DNA from: Rhynchopus sp. YZ270_cl-10
Taxonomy: Eukaryota
Reading direction: 5' to 3'
Assembly (NCBI GenBank): GCA_964035575.1
Contig: OZ037846.1
Location: forward strand, 1,178,001-1,242,000
Length of the DNA: 64,000 nucleotides
In this document: positions 12,911 through 26,573 of the stretch, one piece after another
How the letters are laid out: each line of letters starts with the position of its first letter
How positions within the stretch are numbered: position 1 is the first letter of the stretch
Notes under the pieces: model-generated
The model's input: the letters and a program-made list of their open reading frames with translations, nothing else
Told to the model about the DNA's origin: nothing
Database searches by the model: none
Made by a program: the position numbers and the translations under genes

Positions 12911-13049
12911 TCAGGAAAAAAGGGCTGGGCGAGGTGCCCCACAAGTGCCCAAAAATACCCGCTTTTTTTCTCTTTTTTCCCCAAAAAAAATCCAGAATTA
13001 TGCGATGTCGCATAATTCGGCCCGAGTAGCTATTTCTCTGATGTGACAT

Positions 13050-13760
13050 GCCATGAATGATAACAGATTGAAATTTTCTACCTTCAGTTTTCGCGTCCCC
13101 CTCCTTACCCGGCAGTAGCTCAGCACGGATGATGGCAATTAGTTGCGCCCGATCTGGAACGTCGAGAGCAGCCCACTTAGCACTGTCCCTCTTCAACTTT
13201 TTGTTGTGTCGGCAGCGCTGCACCAGCAGGGTAACCCCCTTCTGTGACTTCTCCACCCCTTCCTCCATGCATTTGTCGAACAACTGACACACCGGACTGC
13301 ACACCCTTGCCACGCTCCTTGGAGCAGGGATGCGGAGATGGGGCGCAGCGAGAAAGGGCTCCTTTCTTCTTCCTTCACATCGTCGTCCGTGCCGTCAGGA
13401 CCCGCCACGTTCACCTCCGGAGATGAGTGGAGGTCCCCTTCCTCTGACATCCGCCCAAAGCCCGCCTCCCATTGCCTGATAGGCAGGGGGGACGAACAGC
13501 GCGATGCGGCGATCCGCGATCCCGTCCGGTGCCGTGCGCGTCTGAGACTTGCATGCTTTGCGGGCGGTCGCAACCTCCAACTCCTGCAGGTCCCCGAAGC
13601 ACTCCCACGCCATACTGACTATCTCCCCAGTCATTTGCAGCTTATTGAATTTCGTTGTCAGGGAGTGGGGTGCCCCCCCGCTTCCCAGCCTTCGCTTATG
13701 CCTGAATGCGTGAAGGAGAACTCCTTCTTCGGGTAGTTCAGGAATTCTACCAACGTGTTG
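13050..13760 (-). pseudogene. Degenerate coding remnant of unknown family; related remnants at ~34150-34950 and ~45840-45950
   Basis: Fragmented minus-strand frames share motifs between copies (LIAIIxAELLPGxEGDAKT; HAxRHKRRL), with frameshifts and stops. Confidence 0.4.
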
Positions 13761-13996
13761 TGGAAAAGACATCGTTCTGTGGGGAAGAGGGGTAAGTTGG
13801 TAGTGAAGCAAGATATTTTCTGCAATGAAATACAGAAGCTGTAGGTTTAGAAATTGTTGGTGATGAAAGGGCTTTTGTTGTGTACCGAGAGCGCATGAAC
13901 AAGACTGAACGGCTGTTCTTATCAAGACTCCTCCCCTCCCCTCACAACACCCTCACACCTCACACACCATTGCAGGAATTTCCTATGCATACCAAC

Positions 13997-16027
13997 ATGG
14001 TGCTGCCGTTTCTTGCTATTTTTATGGCATCAGTTGTGCCAGTGTCAGGATCAGTTGCACCTGCAACACCAGCGCCTCCGACACCCGCACCCGTTGTTGG
14101 GCAGGCTGGACCGACATACTCAGTTGTGTTTGCACCTGAGTACAGCATGACATGGAACATTACAGGCGACATCATCACGTACGTCTTTACATGCAGTCCG
14201 GGTCTGTGGTGTGCCTTTGGGTTTGGGACGAGCATGGCGGATGCGGACACTTACACATGCTCGCAGTCATCGTGCTTTGATGGTCACTGCTCTGGGCACG
14301 TTGTTCAGGTGCAGGACGTGCTGAACGACGTGCTTTCGTACAGCATCGTGGGTGCGACAGACTACACGTTCTCGCGCAAGGTGGACACAATGGACGCTGT
14401 CGACACTGTCATCGTGAACCAAATGCAGGACGTGATCTGGGCGTACGGGCCGTACACAGCTGGCAACCTGGACACACACGAGGCTGGCGGAAGCTTCGGG
14501 AGATTGCAGATCAACTTTTTCACTGGTGCCTCAGCTTCGGTGGGGACTAAGAACAAGCTGGTGTACCTGATCCTCACGTTTGTGCTGCTGTTGCTGCCTG
14601 CGATGTTCGTGCCACTGACAAAGCTGTGCTGCCGCCATGCGTTTGAGGCACCACGCTTCCTGGGAAGGATGATGGTGAAGGGAGTGGGTGTCTACGTGGT
14701 GGGAGTGATGTGGGCAGGTGCGGCAGTGTGCTTCTACTACGCGAACGAGGACAGGCTGGTGTGGTACAAGTCCCTCGGCCACGTTGCGCAGCTGCTCCTG
14801 GGCATGAGCTTCTCGATGCCGTCTGGGAGGCAGAGCTGGATCTGGATCTGCTTTGGGATGCCTCACGAGAAGGTTGTGTTCTTCCACGGCATCATCGGGT
14901 TTCTGTTCATGGCAGTCGGGACACTGCACGGTGTGATGTACATTGTGGACGGCGAGAACGCATTTACATGGGGTGGTGGACATGTGAACAACCTTGCAGG
15001 GACGCTTGCCATTATCTTCATGTTTGCGCTGTGTGTGACGTCCCTGCCGCCTGTGCGCAGGGGTGCGTACCACTTCTTCCTGATGGCGCACTGGTGCTTC
15101 ATTCCGTTGATCCTCATCTTCAGCATCATCCACGCCACATCCACGGTGCTGTTCCTGATCCCGGGAATAGTCTCCCTGATTGCACAGAGGGTTGTGCGCA
15201 ACTTCATCGTGCCCTACTACACAGTGGTGTCGAAGTGTGACACCCCTTCGCAGGCGTACTCGAAGATGCATGTCGCTCCTGCAGTTCCGCCCACAAGAGA
15301 GCCGATGTTCAACTTCCACGACATCTTCCCAGGGATGTACATCAGGGTGCGTGTGAAGTCGCTGTCGAACATGCTGCAGTCGCACCCCTTCTCTGTGATG
15401 CGTGTGCACCCGGAGACACGTGGCTTTTCCATTGTTGTGAAGAACGTGGGGAAGGGAACGTCGACGGACAACATGATCCAAGACCTGCAGACAGGTTCGC
15501 TGCTGCGTGTGTCTGAGCCCTGCGGTGCTGCCTCGATGGACCTGCTCAACTACGACAGAGTGCTGCTTGTCGGCGGTGGTGTGGGTGTGACACCGTTGAT
15601 TGCTGCACTGAACTACTTGAAGACACGCAGCGTGTACCAGGAGATGTCAGTGAAGGGACAGAGAGTGCGCCACAGAGTGACTCTTGTGTGGGCTGTGCGT
15701 GACGTCGAGCTTCTTGAGCTCCTTGCAGACGAGCTGATCTCGTTCATCAATGCCATGTCCGACCTGGACCTGCAGATCAACTACACAGGGGTTGTGAACA
15801 GAAACCACAACGTGTTTGGGGTGCTCGGCAGCAAAATCAAGTACGGGAGGCCTGCAATGGAGAAGGTTCTGGAAGGGTTTGGTGACCCAAAGTGGTTCAA
15901 GAGTTTGGCAGTTTTTACCTGCGGTCCACATGGATTGGCTGGTGGGGCGAAGAAGGCTGTGTCAGCGTATGCAGGTCAGTACCCCTGGATGAAGGCTGAC
16001 GTTCACAACGAAACCTTTGAGATGTAG
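13997..16027 (+). CDS. DOMON-ferric reductase (FRE/NOX superfamily flavocytochrome), one-DOMON paralog 1, ~676 aa (alternative ATG at 13985)
   Basis: Signal peptide MVLPFLAIFMASVVPVSG. DOMON (WCAFGFGTSMADAD...RKVDTMD...IWAYG...H). TM domain with two His pairs (FHGIIG...TLHG; AHW...IIHA). FAD motif HPFS. NAD(P)H motifs GGGVGVTP, CGP and terminal ETF. Confidence 0.93.
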   Translation: MVLPFLAIFMASVVPVSGSVAPATPAPPTPAPVVGQAGPTYSVVFAPEYSMTWNITGDIITYVFTCSPGLWCAFGFGTSMADADTYTCSQSSCFDGHCSGHVVQVQDVLNDVLSYSIVGATDYTFSRKVDTMDAVDTVIVNQMQDVIWAYGPYTAGNLDTHEAGGSFGRLQINFFTGASASVGTKNKLVYLILTFVLLLLPAMFVPLTKLCCRHAFEAPRFLGRMMVKGVGVYVVGVMWAGAAVCFYYANEDRLVWYKSLGHVAQLLLGMSFSMPSGRQSWIWICFGMPHEKVVFFHGIIGFLFMAVGTLHGVMYIVDGENAFTWGGGHVNNLAGTLAIIFMFALCVTSLPPVRRGAYHFFLMAHWCFIPLILIFSIIHATSTVLFLIPGIVSLIAQRVVRNFIVPYYTVVSKCDTPSQAYSKMHVAPAVPPTREPMFNFHDIFPGMYIRVRVKSLSNMLQSHPFSVMRVHPETRGFSIVVKNVGKGTSTDNMIQDLQTGSLLRVSEPCGAASMDLLNYDRVLLVGGGVGVTPLIAALNYLKTRSVYQEMSVKGQRVRHRVTLVWAVRDVELLELLADELISFINAMSDLDLQINYTGVVNRNHNVFGVLGSKIKYGRPAMEKVLEGFGDPKWFKSLAVFTCGPHGLAGGAKKAVSAYAGQYPWMKADVHNETFEM

Positions 16028-17286
16028 GTGACGGTGCTGTGCACACTTTCCTGGGCATTTACTTAAATTAGACAACCCACCCCACACCCTCTCTTGAACT
16101 TCTGCATGCCTCCCACCACATATTTATCATTTCCTTTTCACATTCTTGACAAGTAGTGTACCTACGTAGGCGTTTACCTGAAGTGTGGATACAAAGTTAA
16201 TCTGCCCTGAGTGAGAGTTTTGACTGTTTTCTTTCAGTTCGTGAGTTCGCGAGTCTTTCTCAAGAAAGTAGTGTCTGAACAGAGCAAACTAACATAGAAC
16301 GTCGTTGGCACAGTTTATTGTGGATACTTCGAGAGGAACAAAAAATGGAACGATTCCCCCACCTTTTCAAATGTTTTCTGTTCTTCCTGAATTGAAAATA
16401 TGTGAATCTAATATTCTTTTATTCCCCGTTGTATTCACCTGCATGCTGGGTTCACACAAACATATGTTTTAGCAAACGGTCAAGAAGCAACTGTCTAGCG
16501 TTGTTAACTCTTTGTATCCCCTTTGGAAGAACATACATGGTTTTTTTCTCCCATACTGTGCTTTCTCGTCTTTTGTTGGAAAGTATCGTGTTTTGAAAAA
16601 TATGACCAGAAGAATTCGTACATAGGTAAGTAAAAGGAAAAAAAAAGGTTTTTTTGTTGATTGCACAATTACCCTGTTGTAGGGGTGGTTGGCGAGGAAG
16701 TATTTCTCCTTTAAGCTACGATTGTAGATATATAAAAAAACATCCAAAATATCTATGAGTATTCTGGTCCATATTTTTTTTTTCTTCAAAATATGGAAAA
16801 TGAAAGTTGTTTTTACACGATAACATTTCGAGAGCTTTCACATTTCCTTTTATTTCTTCCACAATGTGCTTTTCTTGTCTTTGATTGGAAAGAAAATGTA
16901 AAATTGTTTTTCCACGATACCAACAGTTCCATCACCATGCATAGGCAGCAACATAGTATATAGCATGATTGTAGGTGTGAATGCTTGGTATCATTGTTGT
17001 TTGTTTGACATCGATGGTGTGGCTGAAACCAGCTATTATACCTCCACGGTAGAAGTACACAATAGTGTACATTTTGTTTTTTGTGCTCAACCACACCAAT
17101 CGAGTCAGCGTCATTTAAAAGAAAAATAGTTGTGTTCGATGGGAAGGAAGACAAAGTGTTCTCATTCCTCAAATGAAGTTATCAAATTTTGGTACAAAAA
17201 AATGCTGCATGATTTCTATGACATTGTTTTGCTGTCTGTTTTGTTTTTAAACCCTCCTCCCCGTCCCCCTTCGGTTGTGGTGACTA

Positions 17287-17550
17287 CACGACGGTGAAGT
17301 AACGGGTGTTACAAGTGGAGTTACATGTAACTTTTGTTACATGTAACCCACTTGTAACGTTACAAGTGGGTTGCATGTAATGTTACATGTACCACCACCA
17401 AAAACCACTGAACTTCACCTAATTTCAGGCAAAATCAGGTGGTGGTACATGTAACGTACTTGTAACTGTTACAAGTAGCACTTGTAACGGTTTTTCACTT
17501 GTAACGTTACGAGTAACTTCACTTGTAATGTAACATACTTCACCGTCGTG
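17287..17550. mobile_element. CACGACGGTGA MITE, TA TSD
   Basis: Same TIR as 2916-3166. The empty site GTGACTACGCACG is present in the paralogous flank at ~33076. Confidence 0.92.
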
Positions 17551-17763
17551 TACGCACGAGAGGCTTAGGTTCATCCTATAAACTTTGATGTATTTTAATT
17601 GGGACCGCACGGCGATGAGTGTAATAGTTCCGTTGTGTCCTCCGGTTGTCTGGTGGCCCCATTTTATTTTTGTCAAAATTCCGGTATTCATTTTGTTTGG
17701 TGCTACGAGTCATGTACCTGACATGTAAACGCCAACAAAACAATAACCTCCCCCCCCCCCCTT

Positions 17764-19212
17764 TAGGGGGCGCAGTGAGACCCTTTTTTCTGTCACACCC
17801 CCCAACAACAACTTTCAGACAAACACCCCCCAAAAAATCATGAAAAAGTGTAAAAAAAATATCCGAAAACACAAAACCACCCCAGAAAACACATTTGTGG
17901 GACTATTTCTTACTTTTTGATGCCTTTTTGGCACTTTTGGGAACTTTTTTTGACACTTTTTGTAGCGTTTTCACCCCATTTTCACCGTTTTCTAAGGGGG
18001 TTTGAGACAGGGCGATTTATCAAAAAATTCATTTTTTTTCAATAGTCCAAAACAAGAGGAAAAGAGGTTTTTTCCACTCAGATGTGTCCACAGAGCGATT
18101 TCTGGGGGTTTTGGGGCCAAAAGTCTATTTTTTTGTACACCTTTGCTGAAAATTTTGATTTTTTTTTTTTGCCGTAAAAACCACATTTTAGCCGGGATGA
18201 GGAAGTGTGACATAAGTGTGACATTGGAGGGGGGCATCTCATAGCCCAGAAAAAAGCGTTTTTTTAACTTGGAAGTAGGGTTTTCTGCCTATTTGGGTGT
18301 CCCCGCATCCATTCCGAGCCGAATTCTGGCCTTCTGTGACTTTTTCGGCGGCCCTTTTGGGGCGGCATTTGGGAATCATCCCAAGAACACCCCAAAGAAC
18401 AGGTATTTTTAGGGTAAAATGAGTATTTTTTTTGAAAAAAAATATTTCTGGGGGTGCCAAAAAAGCCCCAAAACTATATTTTCCCACCCCCGAACCTCAC
18501 CCAAATATGATGGGAGTGGTTTTCGGGGCTTTACAGGTGCTCCGTGGAACCAGAAATAGTGATTTAGGAAGTGTGACAGAAGTGTGACAAGAAGTGTGAC
18601 AGAAGTGTGACATCGGAGAAATTTGGATCTGGGGTCACCAAAATGGGCAAAAACCATCTGAAAACAGTCTATTCCACCCCCAGTGGGGTCCGGCAATCAT
18701 TTTCGAGTGGTTTTGGGGACTTATGTGGACCTGTGGACAATTTTTTGGGGGTTTTAATGTGTGTAAACATGCTAAGAAGTGAGGGAACTGCTGCTTTTTT
18801 AGGCGTTTCAGGCACTGCAGAATACATCTGGGGCCCACACAGGACCCCTAAAAGCCCCAAAAACCATACATTTCCACCCTGGGACCCCACCGGATGTGGA
18901 CCGAGGTGTTTTTCGGGTGTTTAGAAGGCATAATGTCTCCTTAGAATTTTTTTTTGAAAAGTGTTGAAAATTGACCCAAAAGCGTTACACAAGCGTTACA
19001 CATTTTTGGCCATTTTTTCACAAAAAACCAAATTTTTTTAATCAGGAAAGTATCTGTAGAGGTCGTCAGGTGGTTTAATGGGATATTTGGGTGATCCCCA
19101 GGGCGATTTGCGGCCAGGTACGACCTTTTTAGTGGGTTTCTTCACCTAAATTTCAAAAAAATGGGTTTGTGACAGTATTTGTACAGGGATTTAGACACCA
19201 CTGCGCCCCCTA
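17764..19212. mobile_element. TAGG...CCTA class element, family E
   Basis: TIR TAGGGGGCGCAGTG. Left flank is C12+TT, right flank poly-C. Shares its right portion with family C. Confidence 0.85.
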
Positions 19213-19220
19213 CCCCCCCC

Positions 19221-20676
<1,456 letters not shown>

Positions 20677-20691
20677 CCCCCCCCCCCTAGG

Positions 20692-23600
20692 CATACCTAG
20701 AAAGCGAATATGATATTCGGCCTATATTCGGATCCGAATATGCGTATTCGCCCTATATTCGGATCCGAATATAGGCGAATATAGGCCGAATATGACCCGA
20801 ATACACGTATCACCAACAGGAATGTATCATATTTTTGAAATAGACCCCACCACGTTCCGCAATTGGCTCGGAAAATCCAAAAATGGGGGGGAAGGGGAAA
20901 AAAAGAGAAAAAAAAGTCCAAAAAAAAAGAAGAAAGAAAGTCACTTTTGTATTTCGAAGCCCCGCGGGCTTTCCATGAATTTTCGCCGAAAATTATCGCG
21001 TTTAGGTTTGCACAATATATGACGTGCTTCGGTGAATTCTTTTCGGTGCACCCCTACACTATCAACAGGAATTTATCAGTTTAAACGCTAAAAAAAATAT
21101 CATCAATGGGCCCAAAAAGCAGAAAGAGGAAGGTCGACGAGACGACCATTGTCTCGAGCAACACGGACGCGAGCGATTCCTCTTCCACCAGGGCACAAAC
21201 AAAGAAAAGAGTGAAAAAATCAGCGAAGAAGGCAACGAATAAGCCTTCTACAAAGACTGCAAGCAAGCCACCAGCCAAGAAAGGCGGCGCGATAGAGAAG
21301 ACCCCGGCGGAGAAGCGCAAAGAGACCATAGAGTCTCGGAAGAAGCTGAAGGAGGTGTCGGCGGAGGCGAAGGCGGTCGGTAACCGCGCAGGGTCGTTTA
21401 ACCGCGCTGGAGAAGTACGACCGATCAATTGCAGAGTGTTATGAAGTATGTATCGCTAAAAATGTATTAAAAAACCGGTCAGTATAGAACAAAATGAGGG
21501 GCCACACTGCTACGGCGGCGCTAAAGTGACTAGGGTGAATACAAAGTAATAAAAAATAAAAAAAATGTAACAAATAACAAAAAAATCTCAGGTAATGGAG
21601 GTTGATGAGCTCCCCTTCGAGGAAAAGGCAGCAGCGAAGAAAACAGGGCGAAAGGGAGACGACACAGTTCTTTTTTGTGTACATTGCCGTGGAGTGGTGC
21701 AACACGGTGAAAGTAGTACCGCCAAGGTACACGTCCAAAGCGACCGCCACAAAAATAATGAGCGTAGGGAGAAGAAGAAGAAGAAGAAGGCTGCAGCTCC
21801 AGTTGGTGACACGAAGGAGAAGCGGCAGCAGGTGTTGACGCCGGTGATGGGGTTGGCGGCGTTTGTCACAACATGGGCATTGGCTGTGCTGGTCTGCGGA
21901 CTCACAGAACGCCAAGCCGACATTATGTCGCTGCCAGTGCGTCCCCTCTTCGGAGAGGACTTCCCAACCGGGAAAACGGTCCTGGGCCGCTCCACGAAGT
22001 TCGTGAAGGAGATCGAGGGTGTGCTACTGAAGTTGGTTGAAGGGAAACCAATCCCTCTCGGGATAGATGGATCGGGTATGCTAATAAACAAATGACCACT
22101 ATCCCAAAATTTTTATTGCAGGACAGAGACACCTGGGTTTTTCGACATTGTGCATTGTAGCGTTCGTTGCAGGCCAAGCCCTCCTCATTCATATGGACGT
22201 AAAAGATACTGGAGAAGTCCACTGTGGTCGAGATGTGAAGGATGCTATCAACACAGCTCGAAAAAAATTTAATATCGCGCATTCTCCCGTGGTTGCTGAT
22301 TATGGATCGATAAATGTGGTAGGGTTGTCTGACGAGGAAGCCAGTTGGTGTTTTGGCCACGTGACAAATTCGGCACTGAAAGCACACGTAAAAATTAACT
22401 ACCAGCTGTCATATGTTTTTTGTACAGCGTTTAGTCAGCTTTTCTCTTGTAAAAGCCGACGAGTGCGCTGGCTCAATTTCCAGGAATCTTCTGTCAGCAA
22501 CGCGCGTGAGTCGGCGGCGGACACACAAGACACCAGGATTCGTTTGAAAGTCGCTGTGGAGAAAAAAAGTGTCAGGGGCATGCAACGTTTGCTTCCGGGG
22601 CCGAAAATAGATGATATTGAAGAGCTTCTGGCCAAAGCAAAGGAGGTGTTGAGCGAAACGATCGATGTTGACGTTGAGAATGTTGATACGGCATCGCCGA
22701 AGACACCATCACTCACCAGCGACACCCGGTGGTTAGCCATGGCCGACCTTGCTATACACATTAGAGACAGACATCAACCCCTGGTATCTTTCCTCGATAG
22801 TGAAATGGGGAGAAAGAAAAAGAACCAGTCTCTCCTCTCCCTCGTTGAACTTGTCAAAACGGACAGGTGGCAGGATCATGTACGCGAAGTGTCGGCATTT
22901 GCAAACGATATCGAACCTCTTCTTCCATTCCTCAGAAAGGTGCAAAATCCCGGCACCAAAATTGCAGCGAGCTGGTGGTTTCCAGAGATTCAGAGGGTAC
23001 TCACCAACAGCGACTACTCTGCGAATATGCGCGAGTGTTTATCAGCAGCATGGGCCGAGTACAAGTCGAGAGACCGGTTTGAGAAGTTAATATTCTTTGA
23101 CTGCAATGTCATCCTCTCCGGGGACTATGATGATGATGACCTGCCGACAGGGGAGCCACAGTGTCAGGACGCAGAGATGCAGAAATGGGGTGCTATTTTC
23201 TATGCTTTGCGCGAACCGACCGTGTGGAACGAATTCATCCTGTACCTCAACGCCGAAGCCCTTTTGTTTCAGGATGTTACTGACCTGTTCGAGTTCTGGA
23301 GTCCAAGAGGCAGTGGAGGGTTACGCTTCCCGAATTTAGCGCCACACGTCCATGGATGGCTTTCAACCCCGATCAGCGTAACCTCAGTTGATGGATTATT
23401 TTCTTCCTTAAGTGCAATGAAAAATAAACGCTCCTCGAATTTATCTAAGGAAAAGTTTATTGAGAAGCTGATGCTGCGGAAGAACGGCAAGCTCCTTGGA
23501 TTGCTTCAGGACAAGAAGGGGCTCCTCGGCGAGGCGGTGGAGCAGTCGGAATCGTCAGATTCCGACTGTGAGCCTCTCGCCGAGGAGCTCGAGATGATAC

Positions 23601-24104
23601 CAGTGTTCTAAATGCTGGTATCATCTCGAGCTGCTTTTTCATGAGCAAACAAAAAAAAAAAAACAAAAAAAAACCCCTCTTTGTTTGCACTACTCCTACT
23701 ACTACTTCAATCTTAAGTCCACACCCACGTGGCGGACGCTTTGGCATGCGTCTGTAAGGACAGCCTTGATACTTTCTGTATTGCCTCTTTTCCATCAACA
23801 GTGCTTTTTGTGCTTTCAACTTCTCTTGTTTTTGCAAAGACACCGATCATCAAAAGACCCCCACACCCACCCCCCAATACACGCGTTTCGCTACCTCATG
23901 TCCCCACCCACCCCCATCCAAACTCACTCACACCCTTTCTGCAGTCTAGATTCTGTGTATTCGGATCCGAATATAGGGCGAATATGCATATTCGGCCTAT
24001 ATTCGGATCCGAATACGATATTCGGATCCGAATATAGGCCGAATATGGCCCAAGAATTTTGGATCCGAATATAGGCCGAATATCATATTCGCTTTCTAGG
24101 TATG
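20692..24104 (+). mobile_element. Coding hAT-like transposon with CATAC termini and 6-bp TSD
   Basis: ~45-bp TIR CATACCTAGAAAGCGAATATGATATTCGGCCTATATTCGGATCC. TSD CCTAGG (20686-20691 and 24105-24110). Encloses a transposase gene. Confidence 0.9.
21106..23611 (+). CDS. hAT-like transposase, spliced (predicted introns 21446-21591 and 22076-22121); exon 1 needs a frameshift or cryptic intron near 21355-21390
   Basis: GT-AG joins give in-frame CYE|VME and GIDGSG|QRH. C2H2 finger CVHC...H...H. Motifs GIDGS, VADYGS, CFGHVTN, SDTRW. Dimerisation-type C-terminus FW...FPNLA...LSTPISVTSVDGLFS. Confidence 0.82.
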
Positions 24105-24106
24105 CC

Positions 24107-26558
24107 TAGGGGGTACGACTCCAGCCATTTTTTGCGCACGGAAAATTCATTTGGCATTATCTGGTCATCTCCAAGGCAACTGCGGGTGAAAAACACCCTC
24201 AGAGTGGGTCACAGGGGGCCTGTGGGTCGAAAAACGACCCAGAAGCCACCCCAGAATACAAAAAAATGGAAAAAAATAGTGAAAAAACGGCTTTTTTCAC
24301 GTTTTGGCCACTTTGGGCAAAATAGCGATTTTTCGAGAAAAAAATCAAAAACCGGGATATTTTTTGACATCACAAAGCCTCCTTTGGCACAAATATACCC
24401 CAAAAGTGGCCTGTGAGTCCATTCCAACCTGTTTTGGACATATTTGACACTTTTGGAAGTGCTTTTTTGGTGTTTTTAGGTCAAAAAAATGCCCAAGACG
24501 TCCCCAAGACATCCCCAAGACACTTTGCACACCCCCTGTTACGGTCATATTTTTTTCGTTTTTTTGCCTGAAACCCCCAAAATACCCCTCCCGGACCCCA
24601 CATAGTCCCGAATATCCATCACACACCCACTCAGAGTGAGTAGAAGCACCCCAAAAAAAATATTTTTTAAGGGGGATCCGTAAATAGACCGGCAACGACC
24701 AGACACGTAATTAGTGTGTATAGCCGGTCTTTAGCCGGTCTTTAGCCGGTCTTTAGGGTCCGTAAAAAGACCGGCTCTTAAGGATTACCGGCTATAAGGG
24801 CCGGTCCTACCCACCCTCGAAAAAGACCGGCAGACCGGGTGTACAATTGTACACACAAAAAATACCCGATTTTTTGGAAAAAACCTAAGGGGGGACCCTT
24901 TGGTCGTCGAAATTCCCCAGCCAAAATTGGTCGCAAAATCGGCCGATTTTTCAAAAATCTCAAAAAAAAAAAATCCCAAAATTTTTTTTCACAAGTGTTT
25001 TTGAGGCCTGCTCACTACACCCTATGTACCCTTCTGGGACCAAAAAGTCAAAAAAAGCATGAATTGGGCTGTTTTGAGCATCTAGAGTTTATTCCCCGGC
25101 CATTTTCTGTACCACCAGTGCATTTTGTATGGGCCAGCGCCTTGTCAAAAAATCGAAAAATCTCAAAAAAAAAATTTTTTTTTTTCGGGAAAATTTCGAC
25201 CCCTGAGTTGGGTTTTTGGGCACCAAAAAGTGCAAAAAAACGCAAAAATCGGGTGTTTTGACGATCTGGGGGTAAACCATATGCATTATGCACCTTACGC
25301 ATTACTACAGGGGCCCACAATTTCGACTTTTCCTTAGCAAATTCCGTCACAAATTTTTTTTCGATTTTGGCAAAGGCAAATCTCAGGCAAAAAAAATCAC
25401 CCCGATAGTGGGTCCTTGGGTGTCCAAAGATGCCAAAAACACAAAAAAATTGATGTTTTGACCATCGGTGGGCACCTAAAACGCACTTTTCTGCGCCCAA
25501 AAAATGAATATCGATTTTTCCTTAGCGTTCTTATAGCCGTGCGTGATTTTTCAGTTTTTTTTCGCAGAGGGTGAAAAAAAAATTCGTAATTTTATTGCTC
25601 AAAAACGGGCGTGGTAGGCGTGTTTATCAATGCATGCATCCAGAGGACCTCTGGTTTACGTAATCGTAGGCACTCCTGAGCAAAAATGAAGTCGGTTTTT
25701 GACCCAAAATCGGGGTGTGTGGGCCCTAATTTGCTCCAAATTTGGCCGAAAATTGGGATTTTTCTGAAAATTTCATTGTGCTCAGCAAAAATCCTTGCTT
25801 TTTTGAAGAATTTTCCAAAAAATATGCTATACCCCCTATGACTGGACCCAACTCCCCTCACCCTTTTTTTTTTCACCCAAAAGGGCCGGAAATTTTACGC
25901 ACTAATACACAAACTTACGGACCCCCCTAAAGCCCTTCAACTTCAACATGGATGCTGCCGAAACCGAAGCACAATTTTAGGGCTTTAAAAAATATTTTTT
26001 TTGGGGTGCTTCTACTCACTCTGAGTGGGTGTGTGATGGATATTCGGGACTATGTGGGGTCCGGGAGGGGTATTTTGGGGGTTTCAGGCAAAAAAACGAA
26101 AAAAATATGACCGTAACAGGGGGTGTGCAAAGTGTCTTGGGGATGTCTTGGGGACGTCTTGGGCATTTTTTTGACCTAAAAACACCAAAAAAGCACTTCC
26201 AAAAGTGTCAAATATGTCCAAAACAGGTTGGAATGGACTCACAGGCCACTTTTGGGGTATATTTGTGCCAAAGGAGGCTTTGTGATGTCAAAAAATATCC
26301 CGGTTTTTGATTTTTTTCTCGAAAAATCGCTATTTTGCCCAAAGTGGCCAAAACGTGAAAAAAGCCGTTTTTTCACTATTTTTTTCCATTTTTTTGTATT
26401 CTGGGGTGGCTTCTGGGTCGTTTTTCGACCCACAGGCCCCCTGTGACCCACTCTGAGGGTGTTTTTCACCCGCAGTTGCCTTGGAGATGGCCAGATAATG
26501 CCAAATGAATTTTCCGTGCGTTTGGTCCCAGCCAAAATGGCTGGAGTCGTATCCCCTA
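24107..26558. mobile_element. Foldback element, family A, second copy in opposite orientation, interrupted by a Harbinger-like element
   Basis: Near-identical to 1731-3175, with the spacer and arm asymmetries reversed. Right flank is A+C10. Confidence 0.92.
24671..25927. mobile_element. PIF/Harbinger-like non-autonomous element
   Basis: TIR GGGGG(A/G)TCCGTAA and TAA TSD. The empty site TATTTTTTAAAGCCC is visible in the other arms of family A. Confidence 0.87.
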
Positions 26559-26573
26559 ACCCCCCCCCCTAGG

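Noticed and set aside
13880..13984. N-terminal extensions of the reductases given by the ORF track (13880, 29969, 38791)
   Set aside because: Non-ATG starts upstream of the candidate splice acceptor. The signal peptide begins at the later ATG, and the long extension is not conserved in frame in paralog 3.
20686..24110. Reading the element as GGCATAC-terminal with TA TSD, or GCATAC-terminal with CTAG TSD
   Set aside because: Formally possible because the target is palindromic. The CATAC element at 28832-29657, with a non-palindromic 6-bp TSD and a known empty site, supports CATAC ends and 6 bp.
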